From a virus, in the IMG/VR virus record IMGVR_UViG_3300047457_000500, positions 1 to 64,000 of that record: DNA of 64,000 nucleotides; one strand, written 5' to 3'. Shown one piece after another: positions 29,530 to 39,890 of the stretch. How positions within the stretch are numbered: position 1 is the first letter of the stretch; the number at the start of each line of letters is the position of its first letter. The translations under genes and the position numbers were made by a program. Under the pieces are notes generated by a model, which had not been told where the DNA came from, ran no database searches, and saw only the letters and a list, made by a program, of their open reading frames with translations.

Positions 29530-32500
29530 TATCCTGCCCTGCCCCTAAGTCTCTTAGAATCTACCTGGCGAATTTGTGTCATTACTGCTCTTGCAATTTC
29601 ATCAGGATTTGCGTCAGATCTTACATTGACAGCAATACTATAATTATACACCGAAGCGTCTGGATACTCTCCATTATTAATTGCTTTCATTCTATCTATT
29701 CCATAAGATTGAACAGCATGTCTACTCATAATGAACTCACCAGGAGTTAGCATTGCTGGTACAGTATCTGTTCCAAGTACACGTCCACCTAGAGCGTACC
29801 TCTTAGGAATTATTCCACCCCTAGCACGATTGAATCCCATAGATCCAAGAATGCTGTTTTGTAATGCCTTGCCTGCTTTTATTTCTGCTTGTCTCTTTGC
29901 CTCTGCTGCAGCCTTTGCTGCTTTTGCCTTATTCTCTTGAGCAAGCAAATCTGCTAAGTGAGATGCTCCAGTAGTGCTTGATTTTGCTGCATTAGAAACA
30001 GATGCTTTTTGACTATTAGATAAAACTGGCTTAGTATTTTTAAGATTTGCTTCTGCCTTTTGCATGTCTTTTTGCATTTCAGTAACTCTTGTGGCATTTG
30101 CATCATTTACTGCTTTTCCTAAATTATACAAATCCATATAGTGTGATGCTGCAACTTGACCTGCCTCATCAGCAATTTTTGATGCCTGAATCTTTGCTGC
30201 GAAGTCTGCAGAATTTTTTGCAATATTATTCTGTATATTTCCTAAGTCGTTAAGATGATTTAGTACATTTGTAGGAACTACTCCAGAAGGCAGCACTACT
30301 CCATTTATTCTTCCGTTTGGTGCTGTACCAGTATTGTTGTCTCCACCTTGATTATTTGAATTATTATTGTTATTATTGTTGTTATTATTTGTATTTGTGC
30401 CATCATCGCCATTATTTATGCCTCTAAAGTCACCGATACATCTTCCATCATCTGCCTTAATCATTCCTGGAGGGCATTCTCCAGTATCAACTATAACATC
30501 ATCTGTGGTTCCATCATTATCTCCGCCGTCGTCGCCACCATTGTTGCCACCATTGTTTCCGCCAGTACTTCCGCCGTTTTCATAAATAGTAATAATCTTG
30601 TGAGTTGTAGTTATAATCTTGCCATCAAGTGATAGCCAATAATTAACAATGTCTTCTACAACATCAAGCGCAGCCTGTATAGCCTGCATATATTCAGCGC
30701 TAGATGTTCTTGCCAAATCAATTCTATTCTTTATTTCTTCCCACTCTAATTTGGACTTGCCAAGAACTGTTAATGACTGTATTAATTCTCTCTTTTTTGC
30801 CTCTTCAATACGAACTCTTTCTTGTGCTGGCTCAAGTTCTTCTTCTTCAATTTTAAATATTTCAGCACGTAATTTCTTAATTTGATCTTCAATTTGTGCA
30901 CGAGTATAGCCCTTGTCATTTCTAACTTGCGCCAACTCATTTTCTTTCGCAGCCTCTAATAATTTTTGTTGATCATCTAATGCCTGATTTGCTTGTTCTG
31001 CTCTTAAATCCTGTGCTGCTCTTGCTGCAGCAGATATATCACCTTGAGATAAAGCGTCTGCAATTGTTAACTGGCCCTTTTGTTGTTTTGATATTCTTTC
31101 ATTTATTGCACGAATTTCATCTAATGCCTTAAACTTAGCATCATATTTTTCATTAATCTTTTCTTCTTGATCCTCAATGCCCTTAAGACTTGCTTCCCAA
31201 TCATCAATTTCATAATTAATACCAGCAATCTTATCCTGTGCTTTTTCTATAATATCTTGATCTTTTAGTGTTGTAAATTGAAAATCTAACTCTATTTTTG
31301 TTTCCATAACAGAGAATTTTTCCATGGCCTTATCAAAGCCTTTTTGGAAAATAGATTCTTTAAATTCTATAGAGTTTAATACTTGTTGCAATCTTTTCTG
31401 GAATACTTCTTTTTGTTCTTTAGTAAGTTTATCCCACTTACCCATAGCATCTCTTAATGTCTCGTCACTAAGAATTGCATCTGCCTCTAGCCAACTCCAG
31501 TTTTTATCTTTTGCAACTTTTGCTAAATTTTCTTTTGCTTTTTTTTCTAGTTCTGATGCATCAAAGTCAGCACGTATATCCATGGTTGCTTGTGCTGTAG
31601 CAGACTTTGATTTAACTTTCTTTAACAACTCTATAAGATTTTTAGCAGCCTTTGTATTTCCTTCTGATGCAATCATAGCAGCAAAAGCCTTATCTGCTAT
31701 AAGTTCTTGTGTATCTGCAAAACCTAATCCAGCGCCTCTTAAAATATTATATGCCTTAGCCTGATCTTCTAAATCTTTTTCTTGTCTCTTCATTTGAGAA
31801 GCATAGTCTCCAGCAACAATTGCATTTAATGCTTCTTGAACTGTTTTTGCATCACGCTTTAAACCAACTATATTGCCTTTGTTATCAAATTTAAATAACT
31901 GATTTTTTCTTTTCTCATATTCTTTTGGATCCATCCCAACAATCAACTCTATAAAATTACCCTTGGCACCTAGTTTAGTTAGGTCTTGCTCTATACCACT
32001 AAATATTTCTATTCTCTTTTTGCCACCAAATAACTGATCCAAGGTCTTCATAGAAGCAGACCAGCCTTCTGTTACCTTGATTTGATTTTTGCGAACGTCT
32101 CGTAATTTCTTTACAAGTTCATCAAGTACGGATGTTTGTTTGGTTCCTCCGCCTGAAGATGGTGTTTTTGTTGGGCCAGTTGTTGTATCTGCTGCCGTTA
32201 CAGTAACACGTTGAGCATTCCATTGAGCGTACTCTTGTAATTGTGTTCCAGGTGGAGAATTTTTATATGCAGACCCTTCAGCGCTTAACCAAGACTGTAG
32301 CGCTGGATCGTCTGGAGATACAGTTGTTATAGTTTGAACTAATGTCTGTAGGTAAACCTTCTTTAACTCATCAGTTTTAATACTATTAAAATAATCTAAG
32401 TCATCATTTAATATTTTTAACTGATCTGCATTTAAAACTTTGCTTGCAACTGTAAAATCAATCTTGCCCTTAAGCGCTTCAATTTGTTCTGTTTGTTTCA

Positions 32501-35500
32501 TCAATCTATCTGCTACTTCTGGGTTCTTTAATAAAAATTCAGTAATTATTGATGTATTTAAAACATTACCTGTTTTGGCCACCATTGCATAAAAACTTCT
32601 AAGCCTTTCTGCCTCTTCTGCATTTCCAGCGCTTTCTATTTTAGCAATAAACTTAGTCTGCACACTCTTAACTGGATTACCATCTTTATCAACAAATAAA
32701 GATGCAGTCGACATAATTTGATTTCCAAATGCTCCACCAAACTTAGTTATAATATTCATAACTTTAGTTATTGATTCTTTATCATTTCCAAATGACTCTA
32801 AAAGATTTATCATTTGCATTGGATCTATTTCTCCAGATGCTAACTCCATCTTTAGAAGATATCTTTGTTCTCCAGTTAAATTTTGATTATCGTTAAGATT
32901 TTGTTTTGCTAACTTTGCAACATCTTCCATGGCAGTGCCCTTATACTTATTAGTAATTGCTTTGTCTGCTCCTGTATCAAGTGCTTTTCTTGTTGCTCCC
33001 TCAGCAGTAGAATAAGAAGTTGCTATATCTTTTAATAATTTACCATTTTGTTCTAATAGTGCTGATCTATCTTTAAGATGCTTATTAGTTAATTCATCTA
33101 CCTTGGCTAAATCACCTGCTGCCTGTGCTTCTGCAATTCTTTTTTCATATGCAATATCTAATGAATCTACCATTTCTTGCTGCTGTTCTAGTGCCATTTT
33201 TTGCATAGCAATTGATGCCCCTGATGCTGTTCCTATTCTTTCTGCACGATCTTTCCTTGAGAATAAGTTTCCTGCTATAGAACCAGCAACTGCTCCAACT
33301 CCTGCACCTAATGCTGTTCCTATTACTGGAACAACAGAGCCTATGATTGCTCCAGTTGCTGCTCCTGCTAAAGCACCACCAACGGTACCACCTGCACCAA
33401 CCTTAAGCATATCTTTTCCAGTCCAAGCACCAGCAGACTTGGCCTGATCTCCGAATGACTGAACATTTTTTCTTGTTTCTTCTATTAATTTAACACGAAC
33501 TGCTAATGGATCTTTTAATAAATTTTCTCCATTAACGCCAATTAACTCTATAAGTTTTGCATTAACCTGAATTCCAAAACTATAATCTCCAAGTTCTTTT
33601 CCAATGTTTGCTGCAACGCTTCTTGCCTGGGCTGCTGTCATTGCTCCAGATGAAACCGCTGTTGCAAGTTGGTTAACCATTCTTCCCTGTGCTCCTGCAC
33701 GTCCCATACCCTGAATATTTTGTCCAGTTGCCTTTACTAAATCTTTGCCTTCTTGACTTGCAACAAAAGATTCTCCAAAGGTTGTCTTTCCTGTTTGAAT
33801 AGAGAATGGATTTACTGCTGCTTCTCTTCTTCTATCCATAACTTCGCCTGCTGTAACGCCTCCAGCAAACTTAGCCATGCTTCTTATTGCATCTTGCCCA
33901 GAACCTGTTGCTAAAGCAAGTTTCATTGCTGAGTCTTGTGCTTTATCAAAAGCCATTCTTAGCCTTACTGCTGCAGCAATAACTAATCCTATTCCTACTG
34001 CAAACAAACCTAGTTTACTTTGTAGTAATGGCAAGACCATAGTCAGCGCCATTAATGGCATCATTATCTTTTGTGCCATGTCGCCAATTGCTCCTGGCAT
34101 CATAGAGGCTCCCATGGTTATGGCTGAGGCTGCCATCATAGCGCCTCCAGCACCCATTCCTCTATTTGGAACACCATCTCCATCTGGATCCTGTGCAGTT
34201 GGCCTTCTAAGCCTTCCTAGTAGGCCTCCCTTAGCCTTGTTGCCAGCATTTCCTGAAGCACCAGCAGCAACCATACCAGTAACTTGTGACTGTGTAACTA
34301 GTTTCTTTTCTGCTAATGCCTTTAGTCTTGCTTGTCTTTCTAGTTGTCTTCTTAACGATTTCTGTGCTGGATCAATTGGTCCAGTTCCATAAAGTGCTGA
34401 TCTAGATGCTGCTGCCTTTTGTGCTTGAGACATTGCACCTTGTGCTACAGCACCACCTATTTGCTGTCCTGCAACTCTTGCATCATCAACATATTCTTTC
34501 ATGCCAATTACTGCGCCTGCTGCGATATCTGCACCAATCTTCTTTGTAACTCTAGATGGGGATGCAACCTGTGCTCTTTCCCTCATTCCTTCAGCCATGC
34601 TCTTTTCTGCAAAATCTACAAGGCTAAAACCTGTTCTCTTATAGAAAGTAAATCTATCTCCACCACGCCTAATTTTCATACCGTTGACGTCTACAGCACC
34701 CTTACTACCTCCACCTGGAGCAGTTGGTAGGCCTGCCATCTTTTGTGCTGCTTGAGAAATATTAATTCTTGCCTCGCCAGCAGTTACTGCTAATTGATCA
34801 AAGGCTCTAACTAATCTATTTTCTGCACCCATCTTTCTACGACCATAATCGTATGCTTCTTTAACATGAGTATCAGTTATTCTAGTATTTGCGTCAAGGC
34901 TTGTTAGGTAATCCTTCATATGTGTATCTAAGATAGCAAGATCTGCAGCAACATCTTGCATCTTCATTCCACCATTACGCAAAGATATCTTCCATCTATT
35001 GAGACCCCTCTTATCCCAATCTGCCATAAACTCGCCCTTACCAACTCCACGTCCACCTGGTTTCATAAGGTTATTCATTGATACCTGTCTGCCGTCAACA
35101 TTGGACATGCCAGTTGTTATACCTAGTTTTCCATAAAGATTAATCTTTAGGGTGTTAGCAAACTTCATGGCAACTGCTTCTATGGCCTGCATTGCTCTTG
35201 CACTAATAATACCTGCAGGCAATGCCTTTAACTTATTAACTAAGTCTAACGCCCCTACAGTTCTTGGAGTTCCTATATGAGAAAAATCACCAGCACCCTT
35301 TGTTCCAACGGAGAACATACTCATAGTTCCACCTGAAATCATATGCGCTATTGCTGGTTTATTTCTTGGATCTTGTGCTGGACCTGCTGGGATTACTGCC
35401 TCTCCAGGTGTCAGCATTGCTGGAACTGTGTCTGTTCCTCTTGCAAAATAAAATGGCTTTACCTTCTTTGTTCCATCAGCAAAACCTTTTCTTCCTTTGC

Positions 35501-37463
35501 CTACTATTGGTCCACCAAAACCTCTTTGTGCTGCAATTGCTCTTTGATATGCCTGAGTTAATGCATTAAGTGCTGCAACTTCAGATGTAAATGTTTGTTG
35601 TAACTTAACATGTACCTGCTCCAAAGATGCTGCGACAGCAGTTGCCTGTGCCTGTTCAGCAGTTAAAAATTGTGTTTGATTTCCTAATACAGTGGAAGAT
35701 TGACCAGCCCTATTAAATACAGATTTCATACTTACAAAAAGTTTAATTATATTAGCCAAACCATTAGCCAACAAACCAAATGTCATAAGAAGTACTGGAC
35801 CTATTCCTCCTAAAAGAGTAGTTAGGATAATAACAAATTTCTTTGTACCGTCTCCTAAATTATTAAATTTTTCTAATATTTTACTAACAAACTCTACAAT
35901 TGGAGTTATTGCTTTTAAGAACTGCTCTCCTACAGGGGCAAGAGTTACCTTTAGATCTTCTATTGTTTTCTTAAATTTATATGTAGTAGACTCTTCTACT
36001 CTTGCCAGTTCTCGCTCAGATAAAATAGCAAGTTCTTCCGTAGTTGCCTTTGTTAATGTTAAAACACGACTTGCCTGATTTCCCTCAGCAATTACGTTTT
36101 GAAATAATGTGGACAAACGTGAAAACTGGAACTTACCAAATAGTTGTTCGATTGCACGAGCACGGTTTAATGGATCAAGAGTATTTAATGCATTAGCAAA
36201 ATCAACAACAACACCCTTAACATTGCCCTTATTTGCTTCAACAATTCCAGTTATATTAACTCCCATTTCTCCAAGCATCTTGCTTGCTTTTTCTGTAGGG
36301 TTAATTAATGATGCCAGACCAGACTTGAGTGCGTTAGCGCCTTCGGAAGCATTGATGCCACCTTCCTTCATAGCAGTTAAGAAGAATGCTAAGTCTTCAA
36401 CATCTCCACCCAATTGCTGAACTACTGGACCTGCTTTTGGAATAGCAATAGTTAAATCTTCAATAGAAACAACTGTTTGGTTTTCTACTGCGTTTAGAAA
36501 GTTAATCTTTTTAGCAAGATCTTCAGATGCCAAACCGAAAGCGTTTGTTAATGATATTGTGGTTTCTAATGCTTGTTCTTGCTCTACTCCACCAAGAACC
36601 GCAAGTCTTGTTGCCTCATTTACCTGTGCTAAAAGGTCTGCACCTAGTTTACCGCTTGCTGCTGCTGATGCAGCCATCTCCATAGTTTTCTCAACAGAAA
36701 CTCCATACCTAGTAAACTCTTTAGCAAGTAGTTGAATTTCTTTAAGCATCTTATCTGTTTCTTCACCAGTAGTAAACATTTCACCATAAACACGCTTAAA
36801 TCTAATTGCCTGTTCTTCTAACTTCATAAATGTTTTTGCTGCTGCTGTTCCTAAATAAGCCAGAGGAACGGTGAAACCAACCATTAACTGACGACCAGCC
36901 CACTGTGTATTTTTACCGAAGTTAAGCATATTTGTAGCGCCCTGCTTTAATAATTGATTAAGCAATGCTTGGCGCTGTGACGCAATAGCAGTTTGAGTTC
37001 CAAGATTCTTCATATCAAGTGCCAACGGTCTAACTGCAATAGCCTTCATTGCGCCATTGGCATCTCTGCCTAACTTAACGTATTGTGTTTGTAAATCTTT
37101 AACTCTTTCTCTTGCTACTTTATTTACAGTATCAAATTCTGATTTAAAAAATTTACCAAATGTTTTTGTGGCACCCATCGAATAACGGTAATAATCCCGC
37201 ATCGACAGTTTGTTTTTTTCTAATGCATTTGTAAAAGATTCTGTGGTTGTTTTAACATTCCGCATAGAAGCGGACCATTTACCACTAGCATTAAGTGAGT
37301 TAATTAAATTTTGTTGCATGTTGGCAGAGACGGCTGCTGCTGCAGCGCCACTCTTTGCCATTGATGTATGGAAGGCTGATATCTGCCTTTGTAATGCTTT
37401 TATGCTGGCTAATGCTTCAGACGTATCTATATTTACATGAATATTAGATTGAACATCAGCCAT
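29529..37463 (-). CDS. Tail tape measure protein, 2644 aa
   Basis: Very long helical Ala/Lys/Leu-rich ORF after the chaperones; TP901-type core (SEGANALKSGLASL, IEQLFGK); hydrophobic segments; GTDTVPAMLTPGE motifs. Confidence 0.93.
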   Translation of the reverse strand: MADVQSNIHVNIDTSEALASIKALQRQISAFHTSMAKSGAAAAAVSANMQQNLINSLNASGKWSASMRNVKTTTESFTNALEKNKLSMRDYYRYSMGATKTFGKFFKSEFDTVNKVARERVKDLQTQYVKLGRDANGAMKAIAVRPLALDMKNLGTQTAIASQRQALLNQLLKQGATNMLNFGKNTQWAGRQLMVGFTVPLAYLGTAAAKTFMKLEEQAIRFKRVYGEMFTTGEETDKMLKEIQLLAKEFTRYGVSVEKTMEMAASAAASGKLGADLLAQVNEATRLAVLGGVEQEQALETTISLTNAFGLASEDLAKKINFLNAVENQTVVSIEDLTIAIPKAGPVVQQLGGDVEDLAFFLTAMKEGGINASEGANALKSGLASLINPTEKASKMLGEMGVNITGIVEANKGNVKGVVVDFANALNTLDPLNRARAIEQLFGKFQFSRLSTLFQNVIAEGNQASRVLTLTKATTEELAILSERELARVEESTTYKFKKTIEDLKVTLAPVGEQFLKAITPIVEFVSKILEKFNNLGDGTKKFVIILTTLLGGIGPVLLMTFGLLANGLANIIKLFVSMKSVFNRAGQSSTVLGNQTQFLTAEQAQATAVAASLEQVHVKLQQTFTSEVAALNALTQAYQRAIAAQRGFGGPIVGKGRKGFADGTKKVKPFYFARGTDTVPAMLTPGEAVIPAGPAQDPRNKPAIAHMISGGTMSMFSVGTKGAGDFSHIGTPRTVGALDLVNKLKALPAGIISARAMQAIEAVAMKFANTLKINLYGKLGITTGMSNVDGRQVSMNNLMKPGGRGVGKGEFMADWDKRGLNRWKISLRNGGMKMQDVAADLAILDTHMKDYLTSLDANTRITDTHVKEAYDYGRRKMGAENRLVRAFDQLAVTAGEARINISQAAQKMAGLPTAPGGGSKGAVDVNGMKIRRGGDRFTFYKRTGFSLVDFAEKSMAEGMRERAQVASPSRVTKKIGADIAAGAVIGMKEYVDDARVAGQQIGGAVAQGAMSQAQKAAASRSALYGTGPIDPAQKSLRRQLERQARLKALAEKKLVTQSQVTGMVAAGASGNAGNKAKGGLLGRLRRPTAQDPDGDGVPNRGMGAGGAMMAASAITMGASMMPGAIGDMAQKIMMPLMALTMVLPLLQSKLGLFAVGIGLVIAAAVRLRMAFDKAQDSAMKLALATGSGQDAIRSMAKFAGGVTAGEVMDRRREAAVNPFSIQTGKTTFGESFVASQEGKDLVKATGQNIQGMGRAGAQGRMVNQLATAVSSGAMTAAQARSVAANIGKELGDYSFGIQVNAKLIELIGVNGENLLKDPLAVRVKLIEETRKNVQSFGDQAKSAGAWTGKDMLKVGAGGTVGGALAGAATGAIIGSVVPVIGTALGAGVGAVAGSIAGNLFSRKDRAERIGTASGASIAMQKMALEQQQEMVDSLDIAYEKRIAEAQAAGDLAKVDELTNKHLKDRSALLEQNGKLLKDIATSYSTAEGATRKALDTGADKAITNKYKGTAMEDVAKLAKQNLNDNQNLTGEQRYLLKMELASGEIDPMQMINLLESFGNDKESITKVMNIITKFGGAFGNQIMSTASLFVDKDGNPVKSVQTKFIAKIESAGNAEEAERLRSFYAMVAKTGNVLNTSIITEFLLKNPEVADRLMKQTEQIEALKGKIDFTVASKVLNADQLKILNDDLDYFNSIKTDELKKVYLQTLVQTITTVSPDDPALQSWLSAEGSAYKNSPPGTQLQEYAQWNAQRVTVTAADTTTGPTKTPSSGGGTKQTSVLDELVKKLRDVRKNQIKVTEGWSASMKTLDQLFGGKKRIEIFSGIEQDLTKLGAKGNFIELIVGMDPKEYEKRKNQLFKFDNKGNIVGLKRDAKTVQEALNAIVAGDYASQMKRQEKDLEDQAKAYNILRGAGLGFADTQELIADKAFAAMIASEGNTKAAKNLIELLKKVKSKSATAQATMDIRADFDASELEKKAKENLAKVAKDKNWSWLEADAILSDETLRDAMGKWDKLTKEQKEVFQKRLQQVLNSIEFKESIFQKGFDKAMEKFSVMETKIELDFQFTTLKDQDIIEKAQDKIAGINYEIDDWEASLKGIEDQEEKINEKYDAKFKALDEIRAINERISKQQKGQLTIADALSQGDISAAARAAQDLRAEQANQALDDQQKLLEAAKENELAQVRNDKGYTRAQIEDQIKKLRAEIFKIEEEELEPAQERVRIEEAKKRELIQSLTVLGKSKLEWEEIKNRIDLARTSSAEYMQAIQAALDVVEDIVNYWLSLDGKIITTTHKIITIYENGGSTGGNNGGNNGGDDGGDNDGTTDDVIVDTGECPPGMIKADDGRCIGDFRGINNGDDGTNTNNNNNNNNNNSNNQGGDNNTGTAPNGRINGVVLPSGVVPTNVLNHLNDLGNIQNNIAKNSADFAAKIQASKIADEAGQVAASHYMDLYNLGKAVNDANATRVTEMQKDMQKAEANLKNTKPVLSNSQKASVSNAAKSSTTGASHLADLLAQENKAKAAKAAAEAKRQAEIKAGKALQNSILGSMGFNRARGGIIPKRYALGGRVLGTDTVPAMLTPGEFIMSRHAVQSYGIDRMKAINNGEYPDASVYNYSIAVNVRSDANPDEIARAVMTQIRQVDSKRLRGRAG

Positions 37464-37489
37464 TCCATAACACCTCTATATTATTAAGT

Positions 37490-37816
37490 TTATACGTTTC
37501 CAAGACCGCTTATTAACGAAGCATCTGTTAATTTGATTCCAGAAGCCTCTTCTACGATCTTGTAAACTGTTGGAAGATCAAGGTTCTCTTCAAGAGCAGT
37601 TAAATCTTCCGCTAACTCTGGCTTATATTGCTGCATAGCAATTGCTACACATTCCATAAGTAGAGTCATTGATTTTTCATTATCATCAGCGACTGCTGCA
37701 ATACCTTCAAACTTCTTCATAAATGGACGAAGTAAAGATATCTTAAGTGGTCTTACTTTTATTTTTGTGCCGTCAATGAGTGCTATTTCTTTTGTCTCAT
37801 GCACAGTTGTAGCCAT
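37490..37816 (-). CDS. Tail assembly chaperone, short (G-like) paralogue
   Basis: Between tube and tape measure; aligns by eye over its length with the N-half of 37868..38551; SD AAGGAGGA. Confidence 0.75.
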   Translation of the reverse strand: MATTVHETKEIALIDGTKIKVRPLKISLLRPFMKKFEGIAAVADDNEKSMTLLMECVAIAMQQYKPELAEDLTALEENLDLPTVYKIVEEASGIKLTDASLISGLGNV

Positions 37817-37820
37817 TAAT

Positions 37821-37851
37821 TCCTCCTTATAAGGTTGAATTAATTATACCA
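37821..37851 (-). promoter_or_regulatory. Extended -10 promoter (TGGTATAAT) and strong SD for the short chaperone
   Basis: TGGTATAAT at 37843-37851; AAGGAGGA at 37821-37828. Confidence 0.65.
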
Positions 37852-37867
37852 TAACGCACCTTTATTT

Positions 37868-38551
37868 TTAGTCGTTAATTTCTTCATAATCTAGGCCCAT
37901 GCCAATGCCAAACCCAGCCTTTTGAGCATTGATTCCTTGAAGTGATATTATGTCATTAGAATCTGTAGCCTTGCCACGACTGAATACTCTAGCCTTCATA
38001 TCTTCCCATGCATTAGACTTATTTGTATTTTTATCTAAATCTACCCCTTGAATTGCTGCATAAAACTTTTTGTCTGAATAATCTAATTCTCTTTTAATAT
38101 TTAATGTGGCTGTCAATTCTGGCATTGACATAGATGTTTCTAGTTCTTCGTAATCTTTCCATATACCCAAAAGAAATACCTCTGATTCTAACTTTACTAA
38201 GTCTAGTTTTTCCCAAGGGGATCCGCTGTCTACGGCCTGATCTTTCACCTTTTCTTTTGAATCTTTATCTATTTTAATTCCTGCAGCGATATCCAATATT
38301 TTATATATTGTTGACAGGTCTATGCTATCCTCAAGTTCTTCTATTGTTTTTATGCTTGGATAATACTGTTGCATTGTTATAAGAGCACATTTAGCCAACT
38401 CTCCTATTGCTTGGTCATCTCCCTTAGCCTTACCAACATTTTCAAATTGTTTCATGAATTGTCTAAGATATTTTATTTTTAAAGGAGTGATATATATTTG
38501 TGTTCCATCAATAAGATTTATATAATCACTTTCATATATTTCTGTGGCCAT
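37868..38551 (-). CDS. Tail assembly chaperone, long (GT-like) paralogue
   Basis: N-half paralogous to the short chaperone; C-half LLGIWKDYEELETSMSMPEL is T-like. Confidence 0.7.
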   Translation of the reverse strand: MATEIYESDYINLIDGTQIYITPLKIKYLRQFMKQFENVGKAKGDDQAIGELAKCALITMQQYYPSIKTIEELEDSIDLSTIYKILDIAAGIKIDKDSKEKVKDQAVDSGSPWEKLDLVKLESEVFLLGIWKDYEELETSMSMPELTATLNIKRELDYSDKKFYAAIQGVDLDKNTNKSNAWEDMKARVFSRGKATDSNDIISLQGINAQKAGFGIGMGLDYEEIND

Positions 38552-38557
38552 CTATTT

Positions 38558-38566
38558 ATTATATCA
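38558..38566 (-). promoter_or_regulatory. Extended -10 promoter giving a probable leaderless mRNA
   Basis: TGATATAAT followed by 6 nt then ATG (38551); no SD. Confidence 0.6.
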
Positions 38567-38570
38567 AACA

Positions 38571-38597
38571 GAAAAGCCCAGCCATTACGACTGGGCT
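38571..38597 (-). terminator. Terminator after the major tail gene
   Basis: AGCCCAGTC-GTAAT-GGCTGGGCT followed by TTTC on the minus strand. Confidence 0.75.
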
Positions 38598-38617
38598 ATC
38601 TGCTTTATTAAATTGTA

Positions 38618-39247
38618 TTATACTGGTGTTACAGTACGATCAATGATCTTACCGTATGAACCTGATGTGTCATCTGGAAGAAGACGGAATGAAACTTCGA
38701 ACATTGTAGCCTCATCACGCTTTGCTGATACTGTTACATTTTCAATTGAAAGTGCACGGTATGCAACATAAATTCTCTCCTTGTTAGATCCCTCATCACA
38801 GTCACCAGTTCCTGGTCCGACAGCAACCAAACCACGCTCTACTGGGCATTCGCCGAGATTACCTGATTTGATGTTGAATGTCTGGCCATTGGAAGTGTCC
38901 TTGTCACCTGTAAGATCAGAGTCTGATCCTGCAACTGCAACAAGAAGGTTTTCCAATGTGGATTCAGCAAAAGTAGTATTTAGGTTTACCTGCATGCCTT
39001 GCTTAAACAACTTAGCAACGTCAAGAACCTGGTCAACTTGAACTTCACCGAAATCTGGTTGGAACTGTAGTTCCAAACCATTCATGGTGTAACCGATATT
39101 ACGGAAGTCTGGTGTCTCGCCATCCATAGTTACTGAATACTTTTCACCTGAGACAGGAGTTGGGTTTCCACCTACTGCCAAAGGAGCATCAGCAACCCAG
39201 AGTTGCGCTGCACCGACGATAATATTATTACTATTACCTAGAGCCAT
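38618..39247 (-). CDS. Major tail tube protein
   Basis: NIIVGAAQLWV, IGYTMNGLELQFQP, TTFAESTLENL; position; own terminator. Confidence 0.85.
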   Translation of the reverse strand: MALGNSNNIIVGAAQLWVADAPLAVGGNPTPVSGEKYSVTMDGETPDFRNIGYTMNGLELQFQPDFGEVQVDQVLDVAKLFKQGMQVNLNTTFAESTLENLLVAVAGSDSDLTGDKDTSNGQTFNIKSGNLGECPVERGLVAVGPGTGDCDEGSNKERIYVAYRALSIENVTVSAKRDEATMFEVSFRLLPDDTSGSYGKIIDRTVTPV

Positions 39248-39326
39248 ATTTATTTCACCTCTTTATTTTCTAGAAATTAAAAGGCGTGTTTCCTCGTCTA
39301 TAAGTATACAGCCTTTTATTAATTTA

Positions 39327-39890
39327 TTAAGGGTTTACAATGTCCTTATGTTGATGATAATCATAATCAATAATGATCTTATTACCCGCATAGGTTCGGG
39401 CTGTTCCGAAGTCTACTATATCCCGTGCCTCTTCTAACTGATATATCTTGAAGTTATGGAAATAGAATTTGCAATAAACTAGATCTGAAGGAAGGTTAGG
39501 GTTTCTGTTAAAATCTATAGGATTATTTTTAGCCCACTCATTTAACTCCTGAGCACTTTCATCTCCCCTATCCATAAGTCTCATCACTGCCTCTTGTATT
39601 TGGACCATTTTTTCAGCAGGAGTTAAACCTTGATTATCTCCCATAGCATAAAAATAATACAAAACCTGTTCACATTTAATGTGTGGAAAGGGGCCACGGC
39701 GCATCCTAAACATTCGATCCCACACAACCATGGTGCCGTCTTCAAATTGATTCTGTAATGCTTCTAATGTTGATGGACCTGTTGGGAAAAATGGCTTCAT
39801 TTGGAAGCCAGTCAACAAACTAATCTTTTCTTGTAAATATGTATTAATCCATAGCACTGGTGTATTTAATAATGATGTCGATTCTGTCAT
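39327..39890 (-). CDS. Putative tail terminator protein
   Basis: Position just upstream of the tail tube gene. Confidence 0.5.
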   Translation of the reverse strand: MTESTSLLNTPVLWINTYLQEKISLLTGFQMKPFFPTGPSTLEALQNQFEDGTMVVWDRMFRMRRGPFPHIKCEQVLYYFYAMGDNQGLTPAEKMVQIQEAVMRLMDRGDESAQELNEWAKNNPIDFNRNPNLPSDLVYCKFYFHNFKIYQLEEARDIVDFGTARTYAGNKIIIDYDYHQHKDIVNP

